A stretch of 64,000 bases of DNA from Mobula hypostoma (taxonomy: Eukaryota), in NCBI RefSeq assembly GCF_963921235.1, contig NC_086101.1, positions 28,954,001 to 29,018,000 on the forward strand, written 5' to 3'. A program made the position numbers and the translations under genes. Each line of letters opens with the position of its first letter. Positions within the stretch are counted from its first letter, which is position 1. The notes under the pieces were generated by a model. That model had not been told where the DNA came from, did not search any database, and worked only from the letters and a program-made list of their open reading frames with translations. Of the stretch, positions 1 through 11,904 are shown one piece after another.

Positions 1-863
1 TGTTTGTCGAAAAATTGGGTGTTCATACTCCAGGGAGGAGATATACAAGGTCGGAATTTGATTAATCTGATGTTTCAGCATCTGGGTCGCAGATAAGACT
101 TCCCTTTCTCCCCGAACCTCACCGTTGCCTCAATTCCCATAGTTCGAGGTGACTCACTTGGGTCTCTACTTATGTGTTCCCTTCAAACTCTCTCCGTTAT
201 TCTCTACTGAAATTGACAGGGTCCCCGGAACAGTACCGGAGTTCCCGTTCTCGGCCTCCCCAGAAACTTGTTAGTTTCCCGGATGCCAGGCTCCCTGGAA
301 ATTGACCAGGCTCTTAATCCCGTGCACTCTTCCGGGGTCACGGGAACATTTATCATAACATTGCGTAAGATCTTTAAAAGAGTTGAATACGCATTGGGAT
401 ATTACATTGGGTTACATTCAGTACTCGTGAAATTCTGATAGTCTGGTTCCTCTAAAGTCTTGAGCGCACTGGGATATCGGAGCTTCACAGGACTTAAATG
501 CGGTCGAGATTCACCTGGGTCCCGGCCTGTGGAGTTCCTTCAGCACATTGCTTGTGCTGAGGCTGGAATTATTGGGGGTTCTTTCTTACGTTCGCGGAAC
601 AGGCACTCCCCAGTTACAAACGCCCGACTTATGGACACTTATAAACACTCATGGAATCGTGCATTTGCCAGACCAAGGTGGATGGGAGCTTATACGGAGC
701 TGCAGGCACCTTCTGAGGGGAGGGTACGGGGCATCTACCGTACCTGCTCTCTCCCCACCCAAAGTCACACTAATTGGGCTCTGTGTAGAGCTGAGCAGAC
801 TCGCTCCATCTCTCACTGAGTCAACAAGGCCTGCTGGTGGGCGCACTTTATTGTTAAACGCAA

Positions 864-2578
864 ACAACAGGAATTCTGCAGATTCTGGAAATTCAAGCAA
901 CACACATCAAAGTTGCTGGTGAACGCAGCAGGCCATGCAGCATGTCTAGGAAGAGGTGCAGTCGACGTTTCAGGCCAAGACCCTTCGTCAGGACTAACCG
1001 AAGGAAGAGTTAGTAAGAGATTTGAAAGTTGGAGGGGGAGGGGGAGATCCAAAATGATAGAAGAAGACAGGAGGGGGAGGGATGGAGCCAAGAGCTGGAC
1101 AGGTGATAGGCAAAAGGGATACGAGAAGATCATGGGACAGGAGGTCCGGCAAGAAAGACAAGGAGGGGGGGACCCAGAGGATGGGCAAGGGACAGAGGGA
1201 GAAAAAGGAGAGTGAGAGAAAGAATGTGTGTATAAAAATAAGTAACAGATGGGGTACGAGGGGGAGGTGGGGCATTAGCAGAAGTTAGAGAAGTCGATGT
1301 TCATGCCATCAGGTTGGAGGCTACCCAGACGGAATATAAGGTGTAGTTCCTCCAACTTGAGTGTGGCTTCATCTTTACAGTAGAGGAGGCCGTGGATAGA
1401 CATGTCAAAATGGGAATGGGATGTGGAATTAAAATGTGTGGCCACTGGGAGATTCTGCTTTCTCTGGCGGACAGAGCGTAGGTGTTCAGCAAAGCGGTCT
1501 CCCAGTCTGCGTCGGGTCTCGCCAATGTATAAAAGGCCACATCGAGAGCACCGGACGCAGTATATCACCCCAGCCGACTCACAGGTGAAGTGTTGCCTTA
1601 CCTGGAAGGACTGTTTGGGGCCCTGAATGGTGGTAAGGGAGGAAGTGTAAGGGCATGTGTAGCACTTGTTCCGCTTACACGGATAATGCCAGGAGGGAGA
1701 TCAGTGTGGAGGGATGGGGGGGAGGGACGAATAGATAAGGGAGTCTCGTAGGGAGCGATCCCTGCGGAATGCAGAGAGGGGGGGGGGAGGGAAAGATGTG
1801 CTTAGTGGTGGGATCCCGTTGAATGTGGCGGAAATTGCGGAGAATAATATGTTGGACCCGGAGGCTGGTGGGGTGGTAGGTGAGGACCAGGGGAACCCTA
1901 TTCCTAGTGGGGTGGCGGGAGAATGGAGTGAGAGCAGATGTACGTGAAATGGGGGAGATGCGTTTAAGAGCAGAGTTGGTAGTGGAGGAAGGGAAGCCCC
2001 TTTCTTTAAAAAAGGAAGACATCTCCCTCGTCCTAGAATGAAAAGCCTCATCCTGAGAGCAGATGCGGCGGAGACGGAGGAATTGCGAGAAGGGATGGAG
2101 TTTTTGCAAGAGACAGGGTGAGAAGAGGAATAGTCCAGATAGCTGTGAGAGTCAGTAGGCTTATAGTAGACATCAGTGGATAAGCTGTCTCCAGAGACAG
2201 AAAGATCTAGAAAGGGGAGGGAGGTGTCGGAAATGGACCAGGTAAACTTGAGGGCAGGGTGAAAGTTGGAGGTAAAGTTAATAAAGTCAACGAGCTCAGC
2301 ATGCGTGCAGGAAGCAGCGCCAATGCAGTCGTCGATGTAGCGAAGGAAAAGTGGGGAACAGATACCAGAATAGGCACGGAACATAGATTGTTCCACAAAG
2401 CCAACAAAAAGGCAGCATAGCTAGGACCCATACGGGTGCCAATAGCTACACCTTTAGTTTGGAGGAAGTGGGAGGAGCCAAAGGAGAAATTATTAAGAAC
2501 TAATTCTGCTGGACGGAGCAGAGTGTTGGTAGAGGGGAACTGATTAGGTCTGGAATCCAAAAAGAAGCGTAGAGCTTT
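864..2578 (-). mobile_element. Penelope-like retroelement, 5'-truncated (RT fragment + GIY-YIG endonuclease + pseudo-LTR)
   Basis: ORF 1701-2396 has RT motif FLRYIDD; ORF 1275-1568 has GIY-YIG (IYC..C..CGLLYIGET); the 864-1270 terminus is shared with other copies in the window. Confidence 0.92.
958..998 (-). ncRNA. Minimal hammerhead ribozyme motif in Penelope pLTR
   Basis: Minus strand AGTC-CTGACGA-agggtcttggcct-GAAA-C-GTC-GACT: CUGANGA and GAAA core, GUC cleavage triplet, stem I AGTC/GACT. Confidence 0.8.
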
Positions 2579-3159
2579 ACTTTTAAACCAAGGTTTATTC
2601 GTATGTCTACAATCAATATTATACATTTTACAGGACATACACACTATTTACAGTTTCATATTATAATACGGTCATGACTGACTAAAACACACTTGAGCCC
2701 CTGAGGTGCCCACCGGTCCCTGAAAAAGCAATGGTCGTGTATACATGTATACACCTTCTCCAGGGACACCGAGGCATGGATGTAACCGTCGGGCGGCCGC
2801 TGTTCCCGTGTCTGCATCGTTCTCTTGTCTCTCCTGTTCCCACAATCCTTTCCCACACACAAAGGAACCCGGGTGATGCCTAGTTCTCAGGACCCGGATT
2901 ATTTGTATTGGTACCTCACCAGCCTCCTATTTCGTTCTAAAGAAATATTACATAATCTGACAATACATTTTGTCATGAACCAGGCAAGTGGAAAGGGTGC
3001 GCAGGAAACGGGCTTCAGTGAATGGGCCGGAGGAAGCAGGGTTTCAGTGAGTGAGAGGGAACCCGGCAAATATTACCTGGTGAGCTGGATACGGAACCTT
3101 TGTGATCTCTGAAAAGCCAGTTAGGTGATTATTGGAGTGTTACTTTATTGTCCTTCTAA

Positions 3160-3750
3160 CAATGCAGAAGTCCATCACTTAGTTCCTTCACGTTGGTATC
3201 GCTGGGGTGGTAATGTGGATAAGCTGCCCCTATCTATTAAATTCTCCCAATGGGATGCGACTTAAATAGCCTGACAACCAAGTCCAGTTCCTGATCTTCA
3301 TGTGTGGCTACCAAGCCCAGCGGAACTGTTTCTACTGCCAGGAGAAGGTCCAAAACTGGGTTACTGGCGCTTTAAAACCAGTCCCGTCAGGAAGATGCGG
3401 CTCGTCAGCCGTGGTTTGCAATTGTCTAGGAGAAGAAAAACTCTGATCTGAATCCTCTGCTGCCTTCCAGCTATACCCACTCATGGGGAAGGCTTTGGGA
3501 GTAAACACTGAGGGAAAAATCTGCACCTGCAGTCCCTACGTTGAGTTTATCGCTGACTGGCAAATCCCGCGACGCAGCTGGTGCAAAAATACATCGGTCT
3601 CCGTTGTTCCGTTCGGTTCTGCAGATGCCTGGAGAGAGGGAGCTTGCTACATGGCCAACAGCTCGTTCTCCATATTATACTGCACAGGCTTGCGTATCTA
3701 GAGAGCTAGGATGCGACATCCACGGTCAACGCTGACCGACAGAGACCTCA
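3160..3750 (+). mobile_element. RTE-clade LINE 5' region (degenerate)
   Basis: Resembles RTE 5' UTR as recalled (gctatacccactcatggggaaggct...gagtaaac); a related reverse-strand piece lies at ~46.0-46.4 kb. Confidence 0.45.
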
Positions 3751-3889
3751 ACAAGCCCATCAGCGCCGTTCGCTTCACTCTGCAGTGCTCTCTCAGTATT
3801 GTCTCCGATCACTGCTGAAGTCACTAAATACCGCTGCTCTGACAGTGTAGAGCTCCCGCAGCACTTCTCTTCAGTATTCTGCACCAGGC

Positions 3890-4065
3890 AGGATGATCTC
3901 TGACAGACTCGAGCTACCCGGGGATATCGTCGAGTACGTGCAGAAGAGAGGGCTGGATGTCTGCCATGTCAGGTTGGACCAGGAAAAGGCCTTCGCCATG
4001 ATATGCCACACAGACATTATGGGGTGACTCTAAAACTGGGGTTTGGTGAGTTTGCAATATGGTGC
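3890..4065 (+). mobile_element. Tx1/L1-like RT fragment
   Basis: Translates to ..DIVEYVQKRGLDVCHVRLDQEKAF.., the Tx1-type LDQEKAFD motif, with stops. Confidence 0.55.
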
Positions 4066-4189
4066 CGGTGAATCACGGTGACATTTTGTGGGCTATGTAC
4101 AATACTTCTAAATATACCTCTTTTGAATTATTCTCACTGCGATTGGCAGCGTGTAATTTCCCTTTAAGCAATATACTTTTAAACTGAAG

Positions 4190-5715
4190 TTGGGTGGGAC
4201 CCAAGCGTCTGTTAAGGTTTCCTTCTTGTTTTTTTGTTTCCTCTTTTACTGTACTATTTAAATGGCTGTGATGCGCTCTTCGTGCCAGATGTTGGAGAAC
4301 TGGGAGACCCAGAATCTCCTGGAGATCTACATCTGCATGAAATGCATCTGCCTGCAGCTCCTTGAAGACCGTGTTAGGGATCTGGAGCAGCAACTGGATG
4401 ACCTTTGGCTTGTACGGGAGAGTGAGGACATAACTGATCAAAGTTACAGGAAAGTAGTTACCCTGAAATTGCAGGTGAATAGCTGGGTGACTGTTAGTAG
4501 AAACGGAAATAGGCAGTTAGAGCAGAGCACCCCTGCGGCCATTCCCCTCAAAGGGTGGTGAATTTGTGGAATTTGTTGCCACATGCAGCTGTGGAGACCA
4601 GGTCGTTGGGTGTACTTAAGGCACAGATTGATAGGATGTTGATTGGACATGGCATCAAAGATTACAGGGAGAAAGCCAGGAACTGGGGTTGAGGAGGAGA
4701 AGAAAAAGTGATCAACCATGATTGAATGTCAGAGAAGACTTGATGGACCAAATGGCCGAATTCTGCTCCTGTGTCTTACGGTCTTATGGATACTGGATCT
4801 GCTGTTCGGGAATGATACAGGGCAGGTGACGTAAGTTTGTATAGGGGAACATTTTGTATCCAATGCCCATAATGCCATTACTTTCAAGGTAAATATGCAA
4901 AAAGGAAGGTCTAGTCCACGGGCTGAGATTCTAAATTGGAGAAAGGCTAATTTTGATGGTATAAGAAAGAATCTGGTAAGTGTGGATTGTGAATTGCTGT
5001 TTTCTGACAAAGGTGTACTTGGAAAGTGAGAGGCCTTCAAAAACAAATTTTGAGAGTACAAAGCTTGTATGTACTTGTCATATAAATGGTAAAGATAACA
5101 AGTGCAGGGAACCTTGATTTTCAAGAAATATTGAGGCCCTGGTTAAGAGAAAAAAGGAGGTGTCTAGCAGGCACAGGCAGGGAGGAACAAATGAGGTGCT
5201 TATGGAGTACAAGAAATGCAAGAGAACACTCAAGAAAGAAATCGGGAAGGCTAACAGAAGACATGAAGTTGCTCAAGCAGAGAAGGTGAAGGAGAATCCC
5301 GAAGGATTCTATAGATATGTTAAGAGCAAAAGGATTGCAAGGGACAACATTGGTCCTCTGGAAGACCAGAACAGTAATCCATGTGTGGAGCTGAAACAGA
5401 TGAGGGAGATCTTCAATACATTGTTTGCATCTGTATTTACTCGGGAGACAGACATCGAGTCAATAGAAGTTAGGCAAAGCAGCATCAACTTCATGGACCC
5501 TTTGCAGATTATAGAGGAAGAGGTGTTTGTTACCCTGAGGGAAATCAGTGTGTATATAATCCCAGGGCCTTACAAGGTATTCGCTCAGACCCTATAGGAG
5601 GGAAGTGCAGAACTTGCCAGGGCCCCAGCTGAGATATTTTAACAACAGGAGAGGTACTAGAGGACTGGAGGATAGCCAATGTTTTTTCTGCTGTTTAAAA
5701 AAAGGCTATAAAGAG
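4190..5715 (+). mobile_element. CR1 LINE fragments (ORF1 piece and ORF2 pre-RT region)
   Basis: ORF 4262-4561 (C..C..LQLLEDRVRDLEQQLDDL) and ORF 5160-5597 (KVKENPEGFYRYVKSKR) are typical CR1; a short CR1 3' fragment is nested at ~4570-4790. Confidence 0.8.
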
Positions 5716-6274
5716 AAACAAGGAAGAGCTGAGAGTCCTCCTCGACCCAACCAGTGATATTGACAAGGCAATAGCAAAGGCTGACACTTCTGTCATAATA
5801 GCAAACAGTACACATGATCCAGGGAAATAACCGCATTAGACCTTAGAACAGAAAACATTACATCACTGCAATAAGCCCTTCAGCCTATAATGACTGTGCT
5901 ATTCATGATACCTAATTAAACTAAATATCTGTCTGAGCATGGTCCCTATCCCTTCATTCCCACAGGTCCATGTGTCTGTCTCAATGCCTTTTAATGACCA
6001 GTATGATGTCTGTTTGCACCATCACGCCTGGTAATGCATTCCAGGCACTTATCAGACTTAGCATATTAAAAAAGAACAACTCCTTTAAACTAAAGTGATG
6101 CCCTCTAATATTTGACATTTCTAGGCTGGGAAAAAGACTGACTACCCTCTCTCTGGTGTTGCTGAGGATTATATAAATGCCCTTCAGGCTTACCATGCCT
6201 CCAACACTCCAGAGGAAAGAACACGGATCTGTCCAAACCACCAGCAGGGATAGTGGGCATACTTACACCACTCT

Positions 6275-6828
6275 ATGAACCTCAGATTAATTTTTAACTC
6301 TACGTCAACCCAAATTGCACCAATATACAGGGGTTTCTGTTCCTATTTTTAAAAAAATGTTGGACACTCCCAATCTCATATTAAGGGAAGAATTCTTCTT
6401 AGGTATCCGGAGTTCACAACAGGAATTCACTCTTCCAGTCAGGTCTTTCCAAATGCCCAGTAAAACTTTCACTGCTTTATCCCACCAACTTGCCTTGGCA
6501 GTAGTTCCTCACACCAATGGTCTGATATACAGTATTGCATTGGCGTTAGGGTTGGGAAGAGTAACTCAGGTCAAGTAGGGCTTTACAAATGAGAAGTTGA
6601 AACTTCAACACACCACAACACTGAAACCTGATCCCTGAGTAAGATGTAAGAAAAAGTTATAACATTGCAAAACAGACGAGCTGTAAAGTGGCAGAAGATT
6701 CAGCTAAGCATTTCTCGCACTGGAGCCAACACTAAGCTTGCTTAGGTGTTGAACCATTAATCACAAAACCAGGCAGAGGATCCAGCTTGTGTTCAGAGCT
6801 GAGCTTGAGATTTGGGCCAAACACCCAC
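6275..6828 (-). other. Putative 3' UTR exon of MHC class I-like gene (copy 1)
   Basis: Acceptor cttctcacttttcttttgcAG at 6830-6829; alignable with 35105-35649 including a 28-nt identical block (6604-6631 = 35429-35456). Confidence 0.6.
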
Positions 6829-6913
6829 CTGCAAAAGAAAAGTGAGAAGAGATTGGTTGAGCAATACTGTGACAGCAAGCAGGATTAGTGAAAGGACCTG
6901 CGTGTTTACCCAC

Positions 6914-7026
6914 CTGTACTAAAGTCTTGACTCTCTCCTTGCTGCTCCTCTACACCACTTTAACCATCATCGTAAGTGTCGCCATCAGCCCCAGCAAAGG
7001 ACCTGCACCACGAGGCTCCCCAGCTC
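6914..7026 (-). CDS. MHC class I-like C-terminal exon, (G)AGEPRGAGPLLGLMATLTMMVKVV*; GPI-signal-like; stop at 6952-6950
   Basis: Phase-1 AG acceptor at 7028-7027, donor cag/GTGGGT at 6913; 113 nt, same length and stop position as paralog 35845-35733. Confidence 0.75.
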
Positions 7027-10001
7027 CTACTAACCAAGTAAAGATTGGTAAATTGGTAATATTTTAAATTGTTGTCACATGTACTGAGGTACACTGAAAA
7101 ATCTTTGTACTGCATGCCATCCACAGATAATTGCATTACAATTGCACATTGAGATAATACAAGGGGCAAAAATAGCAGAATGGAAAGCAACTTGTAACAG
7201 TTACAGAGGAAGTAGAGAGCAGGCACACAGTAAGGAGCAAGGGCCACAGTATGGTTGATCGTGACATCAAAGGTTAAACGTGCCGTACTATGGAACTCTA
7301 CAATACTGTTATAACAGCAAAATAGAAGCTGTCCTTGCTCATCAGCATGTGCTTTCAGGCTTTCGTACCTTCTGCTCAGCAGAAGGTGGGGGAAGAAGAA
7401 AGAATTTATGGTGCAGGCGATGTCTTATTCACTGGAGCTTAGGAGAATGGGGTGATCTTATGCATATTAAGGAAGGAAGGAAGTCATTAAACTGGAAAAG
7501 GTGTACAAAATATTTGCAAGAACGTTGCCAAGAAAGATACACTTGAATTAGAAGCGGTGGGGGGGGGGGGGGTAGCATAGCTTGGCATTATTTTCCCTTG
7601 AATGTAAGAGGTTGAGATATATAGAATAACGCATAAAATCATACGGAGCATAGACAGGATGAATGCACAATCTTTTTCCCAGGATTTGGGCATCAGGAAC
7701 TTTAGGACAAAGGTTTAAGGTGATTAGGGAAAAATATAATAGGAACCTGAGGGCCAGCATTCTCAAGCAGAAGTTGTCAGCACAGGGAAGGAGATGCAAG
7801 AGAAAGTGGTTTTGGCAGCTACATTAACAACATTTTTTAAAAAAATCCCTGGAACCAGTAGATAGACAGGAAATGTTTGGTAGTATATGGGCCATGGTAG
7901 GAATCTTGGTTGGCATAGACCAGTTGTGCCGATGGCCTGTTTTTGTTCCGTAAGGGTCTATGACTTCTCTGAATATCAGTCATTTCTCAGCCAGGCAGTG
8001 GCCATTGGACAGTCAGGCCTTGACCCACAGGCCCAATCACTTCTCAGCTGTTTCTTTCCTTGAGCGTCTATTATGTTTCTTTGGCCCACAACTCATAATT
8101 GCTTCCTACGACTGAACACAAACAAGAGAAAATCTGAAGATACTGTAATCTTTCAAATAATAACTTTCAGCAAGGACATGGGACATGTTTTTTGAAGAAA
8201 GAAACTTTCAGAGGCATGTAAGAGAAGAATGGAGCTACTTGATCGGCTCTTTCAAAGTGATAGACAGGGTGGTAAAGAAAGCCTACAGGATTTATTAATC
8301 AGGGCATAAAATATAATTTGTTTCATTTAGAGATACTGTACAGACCAGCCCCTGCTAGACCAATGCACTACACCATCCAACAACCCACCTATTTAACACC
8401 AGCCTCATCATAGAACAATTTACAATGACAAATTAACCCACTAGCTGGTACGTCTGTGGACTATGGGAGGAAACCGGAGGCACACAGAGGATATCCAGTC
8501 AGTTCATGGAGAGAACGTACGAACTCTTACAGACGGCATTGGAACTGAACTCTGAACTACACTACCATGGTGTTCTGTGAAGCTCTGGTACAGTTTTACT
8601 GAGGAGATGCATCATCGGGTCATTCAAAGAGGTAGGTATAGTGATGAACAAAGTGTACAGGATACGAGTGTTCATTAATATGGGCACAGAATACAAGACC
8701 AAGAAAATTATGGTACAGCTTTACAAAACATTACCGAGGCTACATCCCAAGTATTTGATACATTTTTAGTCACCAGCCCAGAGGAACAATTTGATTGCAT
8801 GGGACAGAGTACACAGGAGATTCACCAGGATTTTATTGGGATGCAATGTTTCAGTGAAGAGGCCAGGTTTGATTTCCCTGAACGGGAGGAGGCTGAGAGA
8901 GGAGCTGATGGCATTATACAAAATTGTTAGGGGCATTGAAAGGAAAAATGTACAAAATGCTGAAAGAACAAAGCTTTTTTTTACTGCAGTAGTTTGTATA
9001 CTGCTCCCACTTAATTTCTTTTATAAAACAGCAGCAAACTTTTCCCCACAGCAGAGGTGCTTATTACTGTAGAGGTAGGTTTAAAGCAAGGATTAAGAGA
9101 TTTAGAGAGAATAGAGAGAAGTTTTTTTTTTAATTAATGGGTTAGCGGGAGATGGGAATGCTCTGCCTAAGGGGCTGGTATAGGCAGACACTCTCACAGC
9201 GTTTAAAAATTATTTTGATATCTACGAAGTATAAGAAGCTGCAGAGAATTGTTGACACAGTCAGCTCCATCATGGGCAGAACCCACCCCACCACCAAAGA
9301 CATCTTCAAGCGGTCGTGCTTCAAGAAGGTGGCATCCATTACTCAGGACCCTTGCCATCTGGGACATGCCCTCTTCTCCTTTAATGCAATCAGGGAAAAG
9401 GTACAGGACTCACAAAGAAGACACTAATCAGAAACATCTTCTTTTCTTCTACCATTCACGAATGGTCATGAACCCATGAACACAACCTCATTATTCCAAT
9501 TTTTGCACTAATTACTTCATTTTATAATTTATGTTATCTCTCAGTCATGGAGCACTACAGCACAGAAGCAGTCCATTTGGCCCATCTAGTCCGTCAAAAT
9601 GCCATTCTGCTTATTCCCTTCAATCCACACCTGGCTCCAGACCTACATACTCTTCTCATCCACGCTCCTTGGGCTGGCAGTCTTCCCTCCAGCTAGCAAA
9701 TCTCACTAATAACTATAGTATCATAATTTCATGAGTTGGTCCATGTTCTAAGCTCATACGCCTTTTATGTCTTTGCACTGTACTGCTGTTGCAAAAGATC
9801 AATTTTCATATCATAATTCTGACAAGCACTTGAATCATCGAGGAAGAGAAGGCCGAAGTACAGACCAAGTACTGGTTGGAGCAGACTGGCACCAGAGGGT
9901 CAGCATGTATGTGGTGAGCCAAATGGCCTCCTTCAGTACTGTATGAATTTATGAACCACCACAACAGAATGAAGCAAATTCTGTACCGTACAATGACCTA
10001 C

Positions 10002-10276
10002 CTCCCTGCATCATCAGTGCCCCAGCAGGCTGCTGTGCTTGACATGACAGGTATAAATGTTCGTATCATTATCCTGCAGCTCAATGACTAATTCTATCCA
10101 GTATGTATCATTGTAGTTTGGTAGCACGGTCACCTCGTAGCCCTTGGAGACAACCTGTCCATTCTTCAGCCAAGTGGCGTTGATAGCACGGGGGTAGAAG
10201 GGAGTGATGATGTATGCGAGACTCTCACTCTCAGTAGCTCTTGGCCTCTTTTTCAACAACTGAACCTCTGGAGCAA
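10002..10276 (-). CDS. MHC class I-like alpha3 (C1-set Ig) exon; frameshifted in the last codons
   Basis: APEVQLLKK..FYPRAINATWLKNG..LPNYNDTY..YTCHVKHSSL; acceptor ttcttccccAG, donor gag/GTAGGT; 275 nt (1 short of 276), giving TGA at 10016-10014. Confidence 0.92.
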
Positions 10277-11569
10277 CTGGGGAAGAATGAAGAATTAACA
10301 TCACTAACTCAACACAAACTTATGTTATCTTACCATTACAAATGAAAATCACAGTATCCAAGAGTGGGATTCTTACTCTTTACTGCCTCAGACCAGGACC
10401 TACCTCACCATTAATCACTATCCTGCCCGAAATCATCTCCTCAGCTCAAGTCCATGCAGACCATAGCCAGCATTAATTTTCATTCATCTGACAGGCCTAG
10501 ATCAAGGTTACAGCCACCATTACCAATCTTTATGTCACCCATAGTCCCAAGTCAATATTACCTCGTATTCCAAGATTGATCATGCCGTCATCACCCCAAA
10601 TTAAGTTTAGTTTACCAGTCTTAATTGGGAGATCCTTTAAAATTCCTGATCAAGAGATGCCCTCAATGTCCCGGATTGGGAGATCTGTTACTGTGTCTAA
10701 ATAGAAGTTCCAACACAATCCCTGACTTGGACATCATTAGTCACCTTCAGTTGAGGTATCCTTCACCCCAGATAAGGAGATCGCTCACCATTCAGAATTG
10801 GGAGATCCCCCAGTGTCGCAGATTGGGACCTCTCTCATCTTCTTAGACCAGAACACTGCTCACCAAATTTGGTCATGGCACTTTGATTGTGAGTCCCCTC
10901 ATTGTGCTGAATCAAAGGCTCCCTCACAAACTCAGAATCAGGCTGCTCCCGTCCATTTGTGTCAAGACACCCCTGAACATCTCGGATCAGGAGTCCATCA
11001 ATTCTCTGAAGCAGGAGTTCCCTCACAGAGCTTACGTTATGTAATCAGATGTTCCACTTGCCTTGCCTTTGAAGCTCCTCTCTGCCAAGCCAAAGACCTT
11101 TCTGCAAATACTGAATGCAGCTACTGTTCAGCATATAAATTTCAGGAATATCAGCAATATTAACTTGCTGAAGATAATCATTGACCAACATCAGGACACC
11201 AGTGGTAATACACTTCCCGGTGATGAAGTCACAAATGAGCTCTCCCAAATCTCGGCAGCCAATCTTGAGGAAGGTTTTGAATGTATTTGCAGACTGCGTG
11301 CAGCCCAGAAGCCCCTGGATGTATCTGATGCCTGGAAAGGACCAACAGGTTAATCTGTGTTAGTGGCTGAATATTCGAATTCTTCAACCATTCCCACCTG
11401 CATAATGTCCTGCTAAACATGTAAATACCATGTGCACTGTCTTGTGCAACACTTTCTCAGTAGGGCGAAGTATTTGACATGTCCTCTTTGACCCTCAGTC
11501 ATGCTTATTGATGTACAATATAGGCATCACAGCTTGGTATGGCATCAGGTCTGCTCATGATCACAAGAA

Positions 11570-11774
11570 GAAGAAGAAGAAAGCCCGAGTGGAGTCATTG
11601 GGACGCTGTCATGATGGTGTTTTTTTAGCCGGCTTTCTTATTTTTAAAGAGGCCGAGTTGCTAGCTCGACGCTCAACCCAGCATGAATGGAAAGCGTGCA
11701 AGGGAGACGGCTGGATTCGAACTTGGGAGCCTTTGCTCAGAAGTTCAGTGCTGATGCCACGAGGCCACCAGCTA
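11570..11774 (-). mobile_element. tRNA-derived SINE with (TTC)n tail and 17-bp TSD
   Basis: A-box TGGCCTCGTGG (11767-11757), B-box AGTTCGAATCC (11723-11713); TSD GCTCATGATCACAAGAA at 11553-11569 and 11775-11791. Confidence 0.85.
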
Positions 11775-11904
11775 GCTCATGATCACAAGAAACTGCAAAA
11801 AGTTATGGATACAGATCAGCACACACAGTCTCCCCGCCTCCATACATTCTACCTACATTTCTCGCTGCTTCAGTAAATCAGACAACAAAATCAAAGACCC
11901 CATC

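Noticed and set aside
10830-11420. Overlapping ORFs in the MHC intron as a possible alpha2 or nested gene
   Set aside because: No MHC motifs in any frame; looks like unclassified degenerate retroelement sequence
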